Shown: positions 1-7,921 of the stretch, one piece after another
How the letters are laid out: the number at the start of each line of letters is the position of its first letter
How positions within the stretch are numbered: position 1 is the stretch's first letter
Source of the DNA: Microbacterium schleiferi
GTDB taxonomy: Bacteria > Actinomycetota > Actinomycetes > Actinomycetales > Microbacteriaceae
Direction of reading: 5' to 3'
Length of the DNA stretch: 24,000 nucleotides
Assembly (NCBI RefSeq): GCF_038150145.1
Contig: NZ_JBBWSA010000013.1
Location: 27,957-51,956, forward strand
Translations under genes and position numbers: made by a program
The notes under the pieces: model-generated
The model's input: only the letters and a program-made list of their open reading frames with translations
Database searches by the model: none
What the model was told of the DNA's origin: nothing

Positions 1-606
1 ATGATCGTCACCGAGCCGCTGCCTACCGAGGCATGGGACGCGATCGGCTGGTCGGGGCGAGAAACTCTCGGGGATTTCGCCCACGTCTATATGTACGCGC
101 AGCGAACTGCTGACGATCGCATCGCGTTCGGGGGTCGAGGCGTCCCGTATCGGTACGGATCCCGGGTCGATACGAACGGACTGACGCAGGAGCGCACGAT
201 CCGCTCTCTCACCGATCTCTTGCACGACTTCTTCCCAGCTACCCGCGGTGTGCCCCTCGCCCATGCGTGGGCCGGTGTGCTCGGCGTGCCGCGCGACTGG
301 TCGGCGACCGTCGGCTTCGACCTGGCGACGGGCCTTGGCTGGGCAGGCGGCTACGTCGGAACTGGCGTGACGGCAACCAATCTCGCCGGACGCACGCTCG
401 CCGACCTGGTGCTGCGCCGTGACACCGATCTCACGCGGCTTCCCTGGGTGGGGCATCGCGCAAAGCGGTGGGAGATCGAACCGCTGCGGTGGACAGCCGT
501 GAACGCCATCTATGCCGCATACCGCGGCGCCGACCGCCTCGAAGCCCGCGGCGGATCACGGACATCTGCTCTGGCGCGGGTGGCCGACCTCATCGCCGGG
601 CGCTGA
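1..606 (+). CDS. FAD-dependent oxidoreductase (DAO family), C-terminal part. The gene probably starts upstream of the window.
   Basis: Open frame from base 1 to TGA at 604-606. The translation (RIAFGGRGVPY..., GWAGGYVGTGVTATNLAGRTLADLVL) resembles the C-terminal half of DAO/PuuB-like flavoprotein oxidases. Codon usage is consistent with the rest of the window. Confidence 0.6.
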   Translation: MIVTEPLPTEAWDAIGWSGRETLGDFAHVYMYAQRTADDRIAFGGRGVPYRYGSRVDTNGLTQERTIRSLTDLLHDFFPATRGVPLAHAWAGVLGVPRDWSATVGFDLATGLGWAGGYVGTGVTATNLAGRTLADLVLRRDTDLTRLPWVGHRAKRWEIEPLRWTAVNAIYAAYRGADRLEARGGSRTSALARVADLIAGR

Positions 607-617
607 TTCCGCCCGGC

Positions 618-2105
618 TCAGTCGGGTGCGTGAGCCTCGAGGAACTCGTACACATCTGTGGTGTCCACGCCCGGGAACGCCCCGGTGGGGAGCGTGGCGA
701 GCAGCGTGCGCGGGGTGCGCACGTTCGGCCAGGAATGACCGCGCCAGGATGACTCGAGGTCTGCCGGAGCGCGACGGCAGCACACCTCCACCGAGTGCCG
801 GGAGACGCCACGATTGGTGGTCTCGCGCCCGATGAACCATTTGGTGTCGTCGAAGCGCACGCCCACGCTGATCGAATGGAGCCCCTCGGAGGAGGGCTCG
901 ACGCGGGCCGTGCACCAGTAGGTCCCGTTACCGGTGTCGGTGTACTGGAAGTACGGATTGAACCGGTCGGGGATATCGAAGACGACGCGGCTCGTCCACT
1001 TGCGACAGCACATCTGCCCCTCGATGGAGCCGAACCGGTCGGTCGGGAAGTTCACGTCATCGTTCTCGTAGGCCTTGGTGATGGTGCCCGACTCGTGGAC
1101 CTTCAGAAAGTGCACCGGAAGCTCAAGATGGACCGTCGCGAGATTCGTGAAGCGGTGAGCGGCAGTCTCGTAGGAGACCGAGTACGCGTCCCGCAGGTCT
1201 TCGATTGAGAGGGCGCGGTGAGACTTGGCCTCCTGCAGGAAGGGAACGACGTCGGCCTCCGGCATCAGGAGCGCCCCCGTCAGATAGTTGATCTCCACGC
1301 GCTGGCGAAGGAAGTCGCCGTAGCTCGCGGGCTCGTCGTGCCCCAGGATGCGGCTCGCCAACGACTGCAGCACCGCCGTTCGGGCATCCCGCTTACTCGC
1401 GATCGTGCTCGACAGATAGAGCCGGCCGTGCTTGAGATCCAGAACGCTGCGGGTGGTGAGGGGCACATCGGAGACGTAATGGATCGTGAACCCGAGGTGG
1501 GCGGCGATGTCGGATGCCGTGCGCTGCGTGAGCGGGCCTCCGGTGTGCCCGACGGCGGCAAGCAGGTCGCGGGCGTGAGCCTCGAGGTCGGCGAAGTAGT
1601 TCTGCTGGCTGGTCATGAGCCGGCGCAGGGAGAGGTTCGCGCGGCGCGCCACTTCCGGAGTGGCTGCCCGTTCATCTCGCAGTCGCTCGATCTCACCCTG
1701 CAGCGCAAGCATCGCCGCGAGAACCTCGTCGGGGAGTGAGCGACCGATGCGGAACGGGGAGATTCCGAGCGCCTGGAAGGTTGGCCCCCGCATCGCCCGC
1801 TCGAGGGAGACCTCCATCGTTGCGCGCTCATCCAGCGGCTCTGATTCCAGCAGCGCGTCCAGATTCGTGCCGAGAGCGTGCGCGATGGTGCGCAGCAGGG
1901 TGAGCTTGGGCTCTCGCTTTCCGTTCTCGATCATCGACAGCTGGCTCGGGGCACGGTCGACCACCGCCGCCAGGTCGTCGAGGGTCATCCCCCGCTCGGT
2001 ACGCAACTGGCGGATGCGCCTGCCGATCGTGAGGGTGTCGATGACATCGTCGTCATCCGTTGTGATCCCCGGGAGGGACTCTTCCGGCGCTGTGAGGCTC
2101 GTCAT
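618..2105 (-). CDS. ramB: RamB/ScfR-type transcriptional regulator: XRE HTH plus ImmA/IrrE-like and C-terminal regulator domains. Likely regulator of acetate / glyoxylate-shunt genes.
   Basis: ATG at 2105 (MTSLTAPEE...), in frame with the 618..2921 ORF. It has an XRE helix-turn-helix (IGRRIRQLRTERGMTLDDLAAVVDRAPSQLSMIENGKREP) and a Cys-rich C-terminal domain (CCRKW..., YWCTARV, VEVCCRR). It is divergent from aceB-aceA, as in corynebacteria and mycobacteria. The extension upstream of 2105 runs antisense through aceB and is rejected. Confidence 0.85.
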   Translation of the reverse strand: MTSLTAPEESLPGITTDDDDVIDTLTIGRRIRQLRTERGMTLDDLAAVVDRAPSQLSMIENGKREPKLTLLRTIAHALGTNLDALLESEPLDERATMEVSLERAMRGPTFQALGISPFRIGRSLPDEVLAAMLALQGEIERLRDERAATPEVARRANLSLRRLMTSQQNYFADLEAHARDLLAAVGHTGGPLTQRTASDIAAHLGFTIHYVSDVPLTTRSVLDLKHGRLYLSSTIASKRDARTAVLQSLASRILGHDEPASYGDFLRQRVEINYLTGALLMPEADVVPFLQEAKSHRALSIEDLRDAYSVSYETAAHRFTNLATVHLELPVHFLKVHESGTITKAYENDDVNFPTDRFGSIEGQMCCRKWTSRVVFDIPDRFNPYFQYTDTGNGTYWCTARVEPSSEGLHSISVGVRFDDTKWFIGRETTNRGVSRHSVEVCCRRAPADLESSWRGHSWPNVRTPRTLLATLPTGAFPGVDTTDVYEFLEAHAPD

Positions 2106-2112
2106 GCCGCCG

Positions 2113-2133
2113 ATTCTGTCACAGATACAGAAT
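2113..2133. promoter_or_regulatory. Perfect inverted repeat ATTCTGT-N7-ACAGAAT in the ramB/aceB divergent intergenic region; candidate operator.
   Basis: attctgt (2113-2119), 7-nt spacer, acagaat (2127-2133). A third ATTCTG copy lies at 2154-2159. The right arm runs into AGAATTTTGCGTG (2129-2141), which matches about 9 of 13 positions of the corynebacterial RamB box A(A/G)AACTTTGCAAA. Confidence 0.35.
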
Positions 2134-2270
2134 TTTGCGTGATCTTCACACGGATTCTGGCCAACCAAGCGCTGAAACTTCACCGAGAGTGGGTGCACGA
2201 CGACCAACCAGGCGTCGATCCACCGGATGACGAAGCCGGCGGATGAGAGACCAGACAGGACGGATGCGCC

Positions 2271-3932
2271 ATGACTGCAACCACGACCCCGATGCCCGCC
2301 CGGACGGCTCCCGTGCCGACCTCGAGCGCCGCGGCGGCGCTCGAGGTCGTCGGGCCGATCCGTGACCGCTACGACGAGATCCTGACGCCCGACGCCCTCG
2401 CGTTCCTGACCGAGCTGCACTCCCGGTTCTCGGCTCGCCGCCACGACCGCCTGGCCGACCGGATGCGCCGCCGGTTCGAGATCGGCAACGGCCACGACCC
2501 GCAGTTCCGTGACGACACCGCGCACATCCGTCACGACGACGAGTGGCGGGTCGCAGGCGCCGGCCCCGGCCTCGAAGACCGGCGCGTCGAGATCACCGGC
2601 CCCACCGATCCGAAGATGACGATCAACGCATTGAACTCGGGAGCGAAGGTGTGGCTCGCCGACCAGGAGGACGCCACCAGCCCCACCTGGAAGAACGTGA
2701 TCGAGGGTCAGCTGAGCCTGTACGACGCGATCCGCGGGCAACTGCGGTACACGAGCCCCGAGGGCAAGAGCTACGAGGTCACCGCCGAGCAGACCCCCAC
2801 GATCGTGATGCGCCCGCGGGGCTGGCACCTGGTCGAGAAGCACCTGCGCTACACCGACCGCACCGGGCGCACGATGGATGCCTCGGGTTCGCTCGTGGAC
2901 TTCGGGCTCTACTTCTTCCACAACGCGAAGCAGCTGATCGAGAACGGCGTGGGTCCGTACTTCTACATCGCCAAGCTCGAGTCAGCGGAAGAAGCCAAGC
3001 TCTGGGACGACGTGTTCACGTTCAGCGAGCGATACCTCGGCATCGAGCACGGCACGATCCGAGCCACCGTGCTGATCGAGACCCTCCCCGCCGCCTTCGA
3101 GATGGAAGAGATCCTCTTCGAGATGCGCGACCACGTGGCCGGCCTGAACGCCGGCCGCTGGGACTACATCTTCTCGATCATCAAGAACTACCGCGGCCGC
3201 GGCGCGCGCTTCGTCCTTCCGGACCGGAGCGAGGTAACCATGACGGTGCCCTTCATGCGGGCCTACACCGAGCTGCTCGTGAAGACCTGCCACAAGCGGG
3301 GAGCCTTCGCGATCGGAGGCATGAGCGCCTTCATCCCCAACCGCCGCGACCCGGAGGTCACCGAGCGCGCCTTCGAGAAGGTGGCAGCCGACAAGAAGCG
3401 CGAGGCCGGCGACGGGTTCGACGGCACGTGGGTTGCCCATCCCGATCTCATCCCCGTCGCACGGGCCGAGTTCGATGCCGTGCTCGGCGACCGGCCGAAC
3501 CAGCTCGACCGTCAGCGGCCCGACGTGCACGTCAGCGCGGCCCAGCTCATCGATGTCCACATCGGTCGCCCGATCACGGCATCCGGGGTCTACGGCAACG
3601 TGTCGGTGGCGATCCGCTACATCGAGGCGTGGTTGCGGGGCCTCGGCGCCGTCGCGATCGACAACCTCATGGAAGATGCCGCAACAGCGGAGATCAGCCG
3701 CTCGCAGATCTGGCAGTGGATCCACCAGGACCGCACCACCGACGACGGCACGCCCATCACGCGCGAGTACGTCGAAGGCCTCATCGCACAGGTGCTCGAT
3801 GAGGTGACTCGCTTCGAGGGCGACCGATTCGACGACGCGGCAGCGATCTTCCGCGAGGTGGCACTCGGGAGCGACTTCCCCGCCTTCCTCACCCTCCCCG
3901 CCTATTCGCGCTACTTGGTCGAGACCGACTGA
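2271..3932 (+). CDS. aceB: Malate synthase A
   Basis: 553 aa. Hallmark blocks: RRVEITGPTDPKMTINALNSGAKVWLADQEDATSPTW, RPRGWHL, GLNAGRWDYIFS, DGTWVAHPDL. An AGGA lies about 10 nt upstream of the ATG. Confidence 0.95.
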   Translation: MTATTTPMPARTAPVPTSSAAAALEVVGPIRDRYDEILTPDALAFLTELHSRFSARRHDRLADRMRRRFEIGNGHDPQFRDDTAHIRHDDEWRVAGAGPGLEDRRVEITGPTDPKMTINALNSGAKVWLADQEDATSPTWKNVIEGQLSLYDAIRGQLRYTSPEGKSYEVTAEQTPTIVMRPRGWHLVEKHLRYTDRTGRTMDASGSLVDFGLYFFHNAKQLIENGVGPYFYIAKLESAEEAKLWDDVFTFSERYLGIEHGTIRATVLIETLPAAFEMEEILFEMRDHVAGLNAGRWDYIFSIIKNYRGRGARFVLPDRSEVTMTVPFMRAYTELLVKTCHKRGAFAIGGMSAFIPNRRDPEVTERAFEKVAADKKREAGDGFDGTWVAHPDLIPVARAEFDAVLGDRPNQLDRQRPDVHVSAAQLIDVHIGRPITASGVYGNVSVAIRYIEAWLRGLGAVAIDNLMEDAATAEISRSQIWQWIHQDRTTDDGTPITREYVEGLIAQVLDEVTRFEGDRFDDAAAIFREVALGSDFPAFLTLPAYSRYLVETD

Positions 3933-3964
3933 CTGCGCCCGAGACCGACGACGAAGGACAAGAC

Positions 3965-5560
3965 ATGACCATCTACCAGGACGACATCGCCGCCATCCGC
4001 GAGCTCAAGAATCGGCACGGTTCCAGCTGGGATGCCATCAACCCCGAGTCCGTGGCACGGATGCGGGCACAGAACCGGTTCCGCACGGGCCTTGAGATCG
4101 CCCAGTACACCGCCGACATCATGCGCCGCGACATGGCAGAGTACGACGCCGACTCCTCGCTGTACACGCAGTCGCTCGGGGTCTGGCACGGCTTCATCGG
4201 CCAGCAGAAGCTGATCTCGATCAAGAAGCATCTCAAGAGCACGAACAAGCGCTACCTCTACCTCTCGGGGTGGATGGTCGCGGCGCTGCGCTCCGAGTTC
4301 GGGCCGCTGCCTGACCAGTCGATGCACGAGAAGACCGCGGTGCCCGCGCTGATCGAGGAGCTCTACACGTTCCTGCGCCAGGCCGACGCGCGCGAGCTCG
4401 ATCTGCTGTTCACGAAGCTGGATGCCGCGCGGGCTGCGGGCGACGAGACGGCGACGGAGTTCATCCAGAGCCAGATCGATAACTACGAGACCCACGTGGT
4501 GCCGATCATCGCTGACATCGACGCCGGATTCGGTAACCCCGAGGCGACGTACCTGCTGGCCAAGAAGATGATCGAGGCCGGTGCCTGCGCCATCCAGATC
4601 GAGAACCAGGTCTCGGACGAGAAGCAGTGCGGTCACCAGGACGGCAAGGTGACGGTTCCCCACGAGGACTTCATCGCCAAGCTCACCGCGGTGCGCTACG
4701 CGTTCCTGGAGCTAGGCATCGACAACGGCATCATCGTGGCGCGCACCGACTCGCTCGGCGCAGGGCTCACACAGAAGCTCGCGGTCACGCACGCGCCCGG
4801 CGACCTCGGCGACCAGTACAACGCGTTCCTCGACGTCGAGGAGATCTCGGATGCCGACCTCGGCAACGGGGACGTCGTCATCAAGCGGGATGGCAAGCTC
4901 CTGCGTCCCAAGCGCCTGGCGAGCAACCTCTACCAGTTCCGCCCCGGGACGGGTGAGGCCCGCTGCGTGCTGGACTGCATCACGTCGCTGCGAAACGGCG
5001 CAGACCTGCTGTGGATCGAAACCGAGAAGCCCCACGTCGAGCAGATCGCGGGCATGGTGGATGCGATCCGCGAGGAGATCCCGAACGCGAAGCTGGTCTA
5101 CAACAACAGCCCCTCGTTCAACTGGACGCTGAACTTCCGTCAGCAGGCCTACGACACCCTCGCCGCGGAAGGGAAGGATGTCTCGGCCTACGATCGGGCG
5201 GAGCTCATGAGCGTCGAGTACGACGACACCGAGCTCGGCCGGCTGGCCGACGAGAAGATCCGTACGTTCCAGCGGGATGGGTCGGCACGGGCCGGAATCT
5301 TCCATCACCTCATCACCCTGCCGACCTACCACACAGCGGCCCTGTCGACCGATGATCTCTCGAAGGGATACTTCGGCGACGACGGGATGCTCGCCTACGT
5401 GCGGGGCGTGCAGCGCCGCGAGATCCGCGAGGGCATCGCGACCGTCAAGCACCAGAACATGGCAGGAAGCGACATCGGCGACAACCACAAGGAGTACTTC
5501 GCCGGCGACGCTGCCCTCAAAGCGGGTGGGCAGCACAACACGATGAACCAGTTCAGCTGA
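3965..5560 (+). CDS. aceA: Isocitrate lyase, long (~530 aa) form
   Basis: 531 aa. It has the ICL catalytic loop QIENQVSDEKQCGHQDGKV (KQCGH variant of KKCGH), YLSGW, and ADIDAGFGN. It starts 32 nt after the aceB stop with a GAAGGA Shine-Dalgarno, so aceB-aceA form an operon. Confidence 0.95.
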   Translation: MTIYQDDIAAIRELKNRHGSSWDAINPESVARMRAQNRFRTGLEIAQYTADIMRRDMAEYDADSSLYTQSLGVWHGFIGQQKLISIKKHLKSTNKRYLYLSGWMVAALRSEFGPLPDQSMHEKTAVPALIEELYTFLRQADARELDLLFTKLDAARAAGDETATEFIQSQIDNYETHVVPIIADIDAGFGNPEATYLLAKKMIEAGACAIQIENQVSDEKQCGHQDGKVTVPHEDFIAKLTAVRYAFLELGIDNGIIVARTDSLGAGLTQKLAVTHAPGDLGDQYNAFLDVEEISDADLGNGDVVIKRDGKLLRPKRLASNLYQFRPGTGEARCVLDCITSLRNGADLLWIETEKPHVEQIAGMVDAIREEIPNAKLVYNNSPSFNWTLNFRQQAYDTLAAEGKDVSAYDRAELMSVEYDDTELGRLADEKIRTFQRDGSARAGIFHHLITLPTYHTAALSTDDLSKGYFGDDGMLAYVRGVQRREIREGIATVKHQNMAGSDIGDNHKEYFAGDAALKAGGQHNTMNQFS

Positions 5561-5573
5561 TCATCGAGAAGAC

Positions 5574-5609
5574 ACGGATGCCTCGGACGACGCCGTCCGA
5601 GGCATCCGT
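5574..5609. terminator. Bidirectional intrinsic-terminator-like hairpin between convergent aceA and the Fur-family gene
   Basis: Perfect 16-bp stem ACGGATGCCTCGGACG / CGTCCGAGGCATCCGT with 4-nt loop ACGC. It lies 14 nt after the aceA stop and 23 nt from the Fur-gene stop. There is no U-tract, as is common in high-GC actinobacteria. Confidence 0.6.
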
Positions 5610-5631
5610 CGTTCGCGGGGCGCCGTCCCGT

Positions 5632-6111
5632 TCAGGAGACGCCGCGAGCGCAGTCCGCGCAGGTGCCCACGAGCGAGCTCTGCGCGGGCTCGAGCGCGAA
5701 GCCGTTCGCGTTCCGGGCCGATCGGGCGGCCGAGGCAAGCAGATCGGCTGGCAGCGCGACGACGACCCCGCACGAGCGGCAGACCCCGTGAAGGTGCGCG
5801 TGCCGGTCTTCCCCGGTGGCGAGGTGATAGCCGGTCGAACCCTGCCCAACCGGACGCGTGGTGACCACCCCCAGGCTGTCGAGCATCTCGAGCGTGCGGT
5901 AGACCGTAGCCCGATGGATGCCGAGGTCAGCGACAGCACCCGCGATCTGCTCCGCCGTGCGGTGCTCATGCTCGGCCGCGAGCACACCGATGACGGCGCG
6001 ACGTGCTGCCGTGATGCGCTCGCCACGCTCGGAGAGCTGCGCCAGCGCGGCGTCGGCAAGGCTCACGGGAGCCTCCGCGTGGAGGTGCTCGTGGTCGTGT
6101 GGCGCACCCAT
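5632..6111 (-). CDS. Fur-family metalloregulator, putatively Ni/Co/Zn-responsive (Nur/Zur-like)
   Basis: ATG at 6111 (MGAPHDHEHLHAE...). Winged-helix region AEQIAGAVADLGIHRATVYRTLEMLDSLGVV. His cluster HLATGEDRHAHLH. Two CxxC pairs (CRSCG, CADCA). It is divergent from the ECF Ni/Co transporter. Confidence 0.85.
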   Translation of the reverse strand: MGAPHDHEHLHAEAPVSLADAALAQLSERGERITAARRAVIGVLAAEHEHRTAEQIAGAVADLGIHRATVYRTLEMLDSLGVVTTRPVGQGSTGYHLATGEDRHAHLHGVCRSCGVVVALPADLLASAARSARNANGFALEPAQSSLVGTCADCARGVS

Positions 6112-6174
6112 TCGGCAATCGTGGCACACGCCCCTCCGAATGGCGGCACGGCGGAGATTTCGACTCTTGTGTAA

Positions 6175-6189
6175 TGCGACTGAGTCGCA
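6175..6189. promoter_or_regulatory. Perfect 7-1-7 palindrome TGCGACTgAGTCGCA; candidate Fur-family operator overlapping a putative cbiM promoter.
   Basis: TGCGACT (6175-6181), G, AGTCGCA (6183-6189). It sits inside the 18-nt spacer of a possible TTGTGT (6167-6172) / TAGTGT (6191-6196) promoter, 48 nt upstream of the cbiM ATG. 7-1-7 is the classical Fur-family operator architecture. Confidence 0.45.
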
Positions 6190-6236
6190 ATAGTGTGAGC
6201 GCAATCCCAGACCGCATGGTCACCCGAGGAGGGCCG

Positions 6237-6926
6237 ATGCACGTACCTGATGGATTCCTCAGCGTGCCGGTCTCGATTGCGACGGGGGTCGTAGCGGCCG
6301 GAGCTATCGGCCTGGCGATCAAGAACTCACGCGCCGAGATGGCCGATGACCGCAAGGCCCCGATGGTGGGAATCGTCGCCACGGTGATCTTCGCCACACA
6401 GATGATCAACTTCCCCGTGGGCGCGGGAACGAGCGGCCACCTGTTGGGCGGTGCGCTGGCGGCCGTGCTGCTGGGTCCGTGGACAGCGGTGCTCGCGTTG
6501 AGTGCCGTGTTCATCGTCCAGGCCCTTCTGTTCGCCGACGGCGGGCTGACGGCCCTCGGGACCAACATCACGCTGATGGGGCTGGTGACGATCACCGTCG
6601 GCTGGTGGGTGTTCCGGGGCCTTGTCCGCCTGCTGCCTGCACGCCGATGGGCCATCGCGGTGGCCGCAGGTATCGGTGGCCTGCTCTCTGTCCCCGCGTC
6701 GGCAATCGCGTTCGTCGGCCTGTTCGCGATCGGCGGTCAGGTGGCAGTGCCGATCGAGGCAGTCTTTGCTGCGATGGTCGGCTGGCACGCTCTCATCGGG
6801 ATCGGCGAGGCGATCATCACCGGACTCATCGTCGCCGCCGTACTCGCTACTCGTCCAGACCTCGTCTACGGAGCGCGCTTCCAGCGATCCGGAGCGACCC
6901 CGACCCGAGAGGCGGCACTGGTATGA
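6237..6926 (+). CDS. cbiM: ECF transporter substrate-capture permease CbiM/NikM (nickel/cobalt)
   Basis: The N-terminus MHVPDGFLS is the conserved metal-binding start of CbiM/NikM. A GGAGG lies 7 nt upstream. The protein is multi-pass hydrophobic, with FATQMINFPVGAGTSGHLLGGAL. The portion of ORF 6099..6926 upstream of this ATG is rejected. Confidence 0.9.
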   Translation: MHVPDGFLSVPVSIATGVVAAGAIGLAIKNSRAEMADDRKAPMVGIVATVIFATQMINFPVGAGTSGHLLGGALAAVLLGPWTAVLALSAVFIVQALLFADGGLTALGTNITLMGLVTITVGWWVFRGLVRLLPARRWAIAVAAGIGGLLSVPASAIAFVGLFAIGGQVAVPIEAVFAAMVGWHALIGIGEAIITGLIVAAVLATRPDLVYGARFQRSGATPTREAALV

Positions 6927-7243
6927 GCACCTCCTCCGCCCCCTCAGGGCGCCGGATCTCCACACGCACCTTCACTCTCTGGGCTCTGGGCATCGCGCTG
7001 GTGATCGCGACGGTCGTCAGCATCTGGGCCTCATCAAACCCCGACGGGCTGGAGTTCGTCGCGGAGGCCGTCGGCTTCAGCAGCGCCGCGCAAGACAGTG
7101 CGACGGCGGGCTCACCCTTGGCCGACTACACAGTGGCCGGACTCGACGGGAACTGGCTGTCGATCCTCATCGTCGGTGTCGTCGGATGCGGCATCACCTT
7201 CGCTCTGGCGTGGCTTCTCGGCCGTCTCGCACGGCGCGGCTGA
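6923..7243 (+). CDS. PDGLE-domain membrane protein (CbiN/NikN-like auxiliary component of the ECF Ni/Co transporter)
   Basis: ATGA overlap with the cbiM stop. 106 aa with two hydrophobic helices flanking the literal motif SNPDGLEFVAE. Confidence 0.8.
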   Translation: MSTSSAPSGRRISTRTFTLWALGIALVIATVVSIWASSNPDGLEFVAEAVGFSSAAQDSATAGSPLADYTVAGLDGNWLSILIVGVVGCGITFALAWLLGRLARRG

Positions 7244-7270
7244 CACAGTGCGCCGGATAAGGGCGATGCG

Positions 7271-7921
7271 GTGAGCACGCTGGACTGGGGGCATCGCGAG
7301 GGAACCTCCCTCCTGCACCGCGCCCCCGCACGGACGAAGTTAGTCGGGACGGTGGCCTTCGCCGCTGTCGTGGTCGCCACTCCCCGTGACTGGTTCCTCG
7401 CCTTCGCGGTGTACGCGCTGGTGGTGGTCTCAGCGCTGGTCATCGCGCGTGTCCCACCCCGGATCGTGGCACGACGGATGACGATCGAGCTGCCTTTCGT
7501 CGTGTTCGCCCTCCTCCTCCCGTTCATCGCGACAGGGCCGACGATCGAGGTCGGTCCCCTGACGCTCGCTGTGGAAGGGCTCTGGGGCGCATGGGCGCTC
7601 CTGGCCAAGGCGACCCTCGCCGTGGGCGCCGCGACCGTGCTCATCTCGACCACCGAGCCGCGGCGGATGGTGCAGGCGCTGGGTCAGCTCCGCCTCCCCG
7701 CGGTCCTCACCTCGATCATCGGCTTCATGATCCGCTACCTGGATCTCATCGTCGAGGAGACCCGGCGGATGCGCATCGCTCGCGAATCGCGGGGGTTCCG
7801 CGCTCGGGGCCTCGCGGCGTGGCGGATCATCGCGCAGGCCGCGGGAGCGGTCATCGTGCGCTCCCATGCCCGCGGCGAGCGCGTCCATCTCGCGATGCTC
7901 TCGCGGGGTGGAGTCGGATGA
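7271..7921 (+). CDS. cbiQ: ECF transporter transmembrane (T) component CbiQ
   Basis: GTG start at 7271. Hydrophobic protein with the ECF T-component signature region (IRYLDLIVEETRRMRIARESRG). Its stop overlaps the next start (ATGA). Confidence 0.85.
   Translation: MSTLDWGHREGTSLLHRAPARTKLVGTVAFAAVVVATPRDWFLAFAVYALVVVSALVIARVPPRIVARRMTIELPFVVFALLLPFIATGPTIEVGPLTLAVEGLWGAWALLAKATLAVGAATVLISTTEPRRMVQALGQLRLPAVLTSIIGFMIRYLDLIVEETRRMRIARESRGFRARGLAAWRIIAQAAGAVIVRSHARGERVHLAMLSRGGVG

Noticed and set aside
2106-2921. Upstream 272 codons of the 767-aa ORF 618..2921 (minus strand) as part of the RamB-like gene
   Set aside because: This part runs antisense through the aceB coding region and is Gly/Arg/Val-rich with no recognisable domain. 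The HTH domain starts right after the ATG at 2105. It is a typical high-GC open-frame artefact.
2543-3802. 419-aa plus-strand ORF inside aceB in another frame
   Set aside because: It has extreme Arg/Pro/Gly composition (RRRRPRPRRPARR...), it overlaps a confidently identified malate synthase frame, and it has no motifs.
6112-6236. Possible cobalamin riboswitch upstream of cbiM
   Set aside because: The leader is only ~125 nt and is shared with a divergent gene. I could not find the conserved B12-box-like core. A protein operator (the 7-1-7 palindrome) explains the region better, and the hydrogenase context favours nickel.
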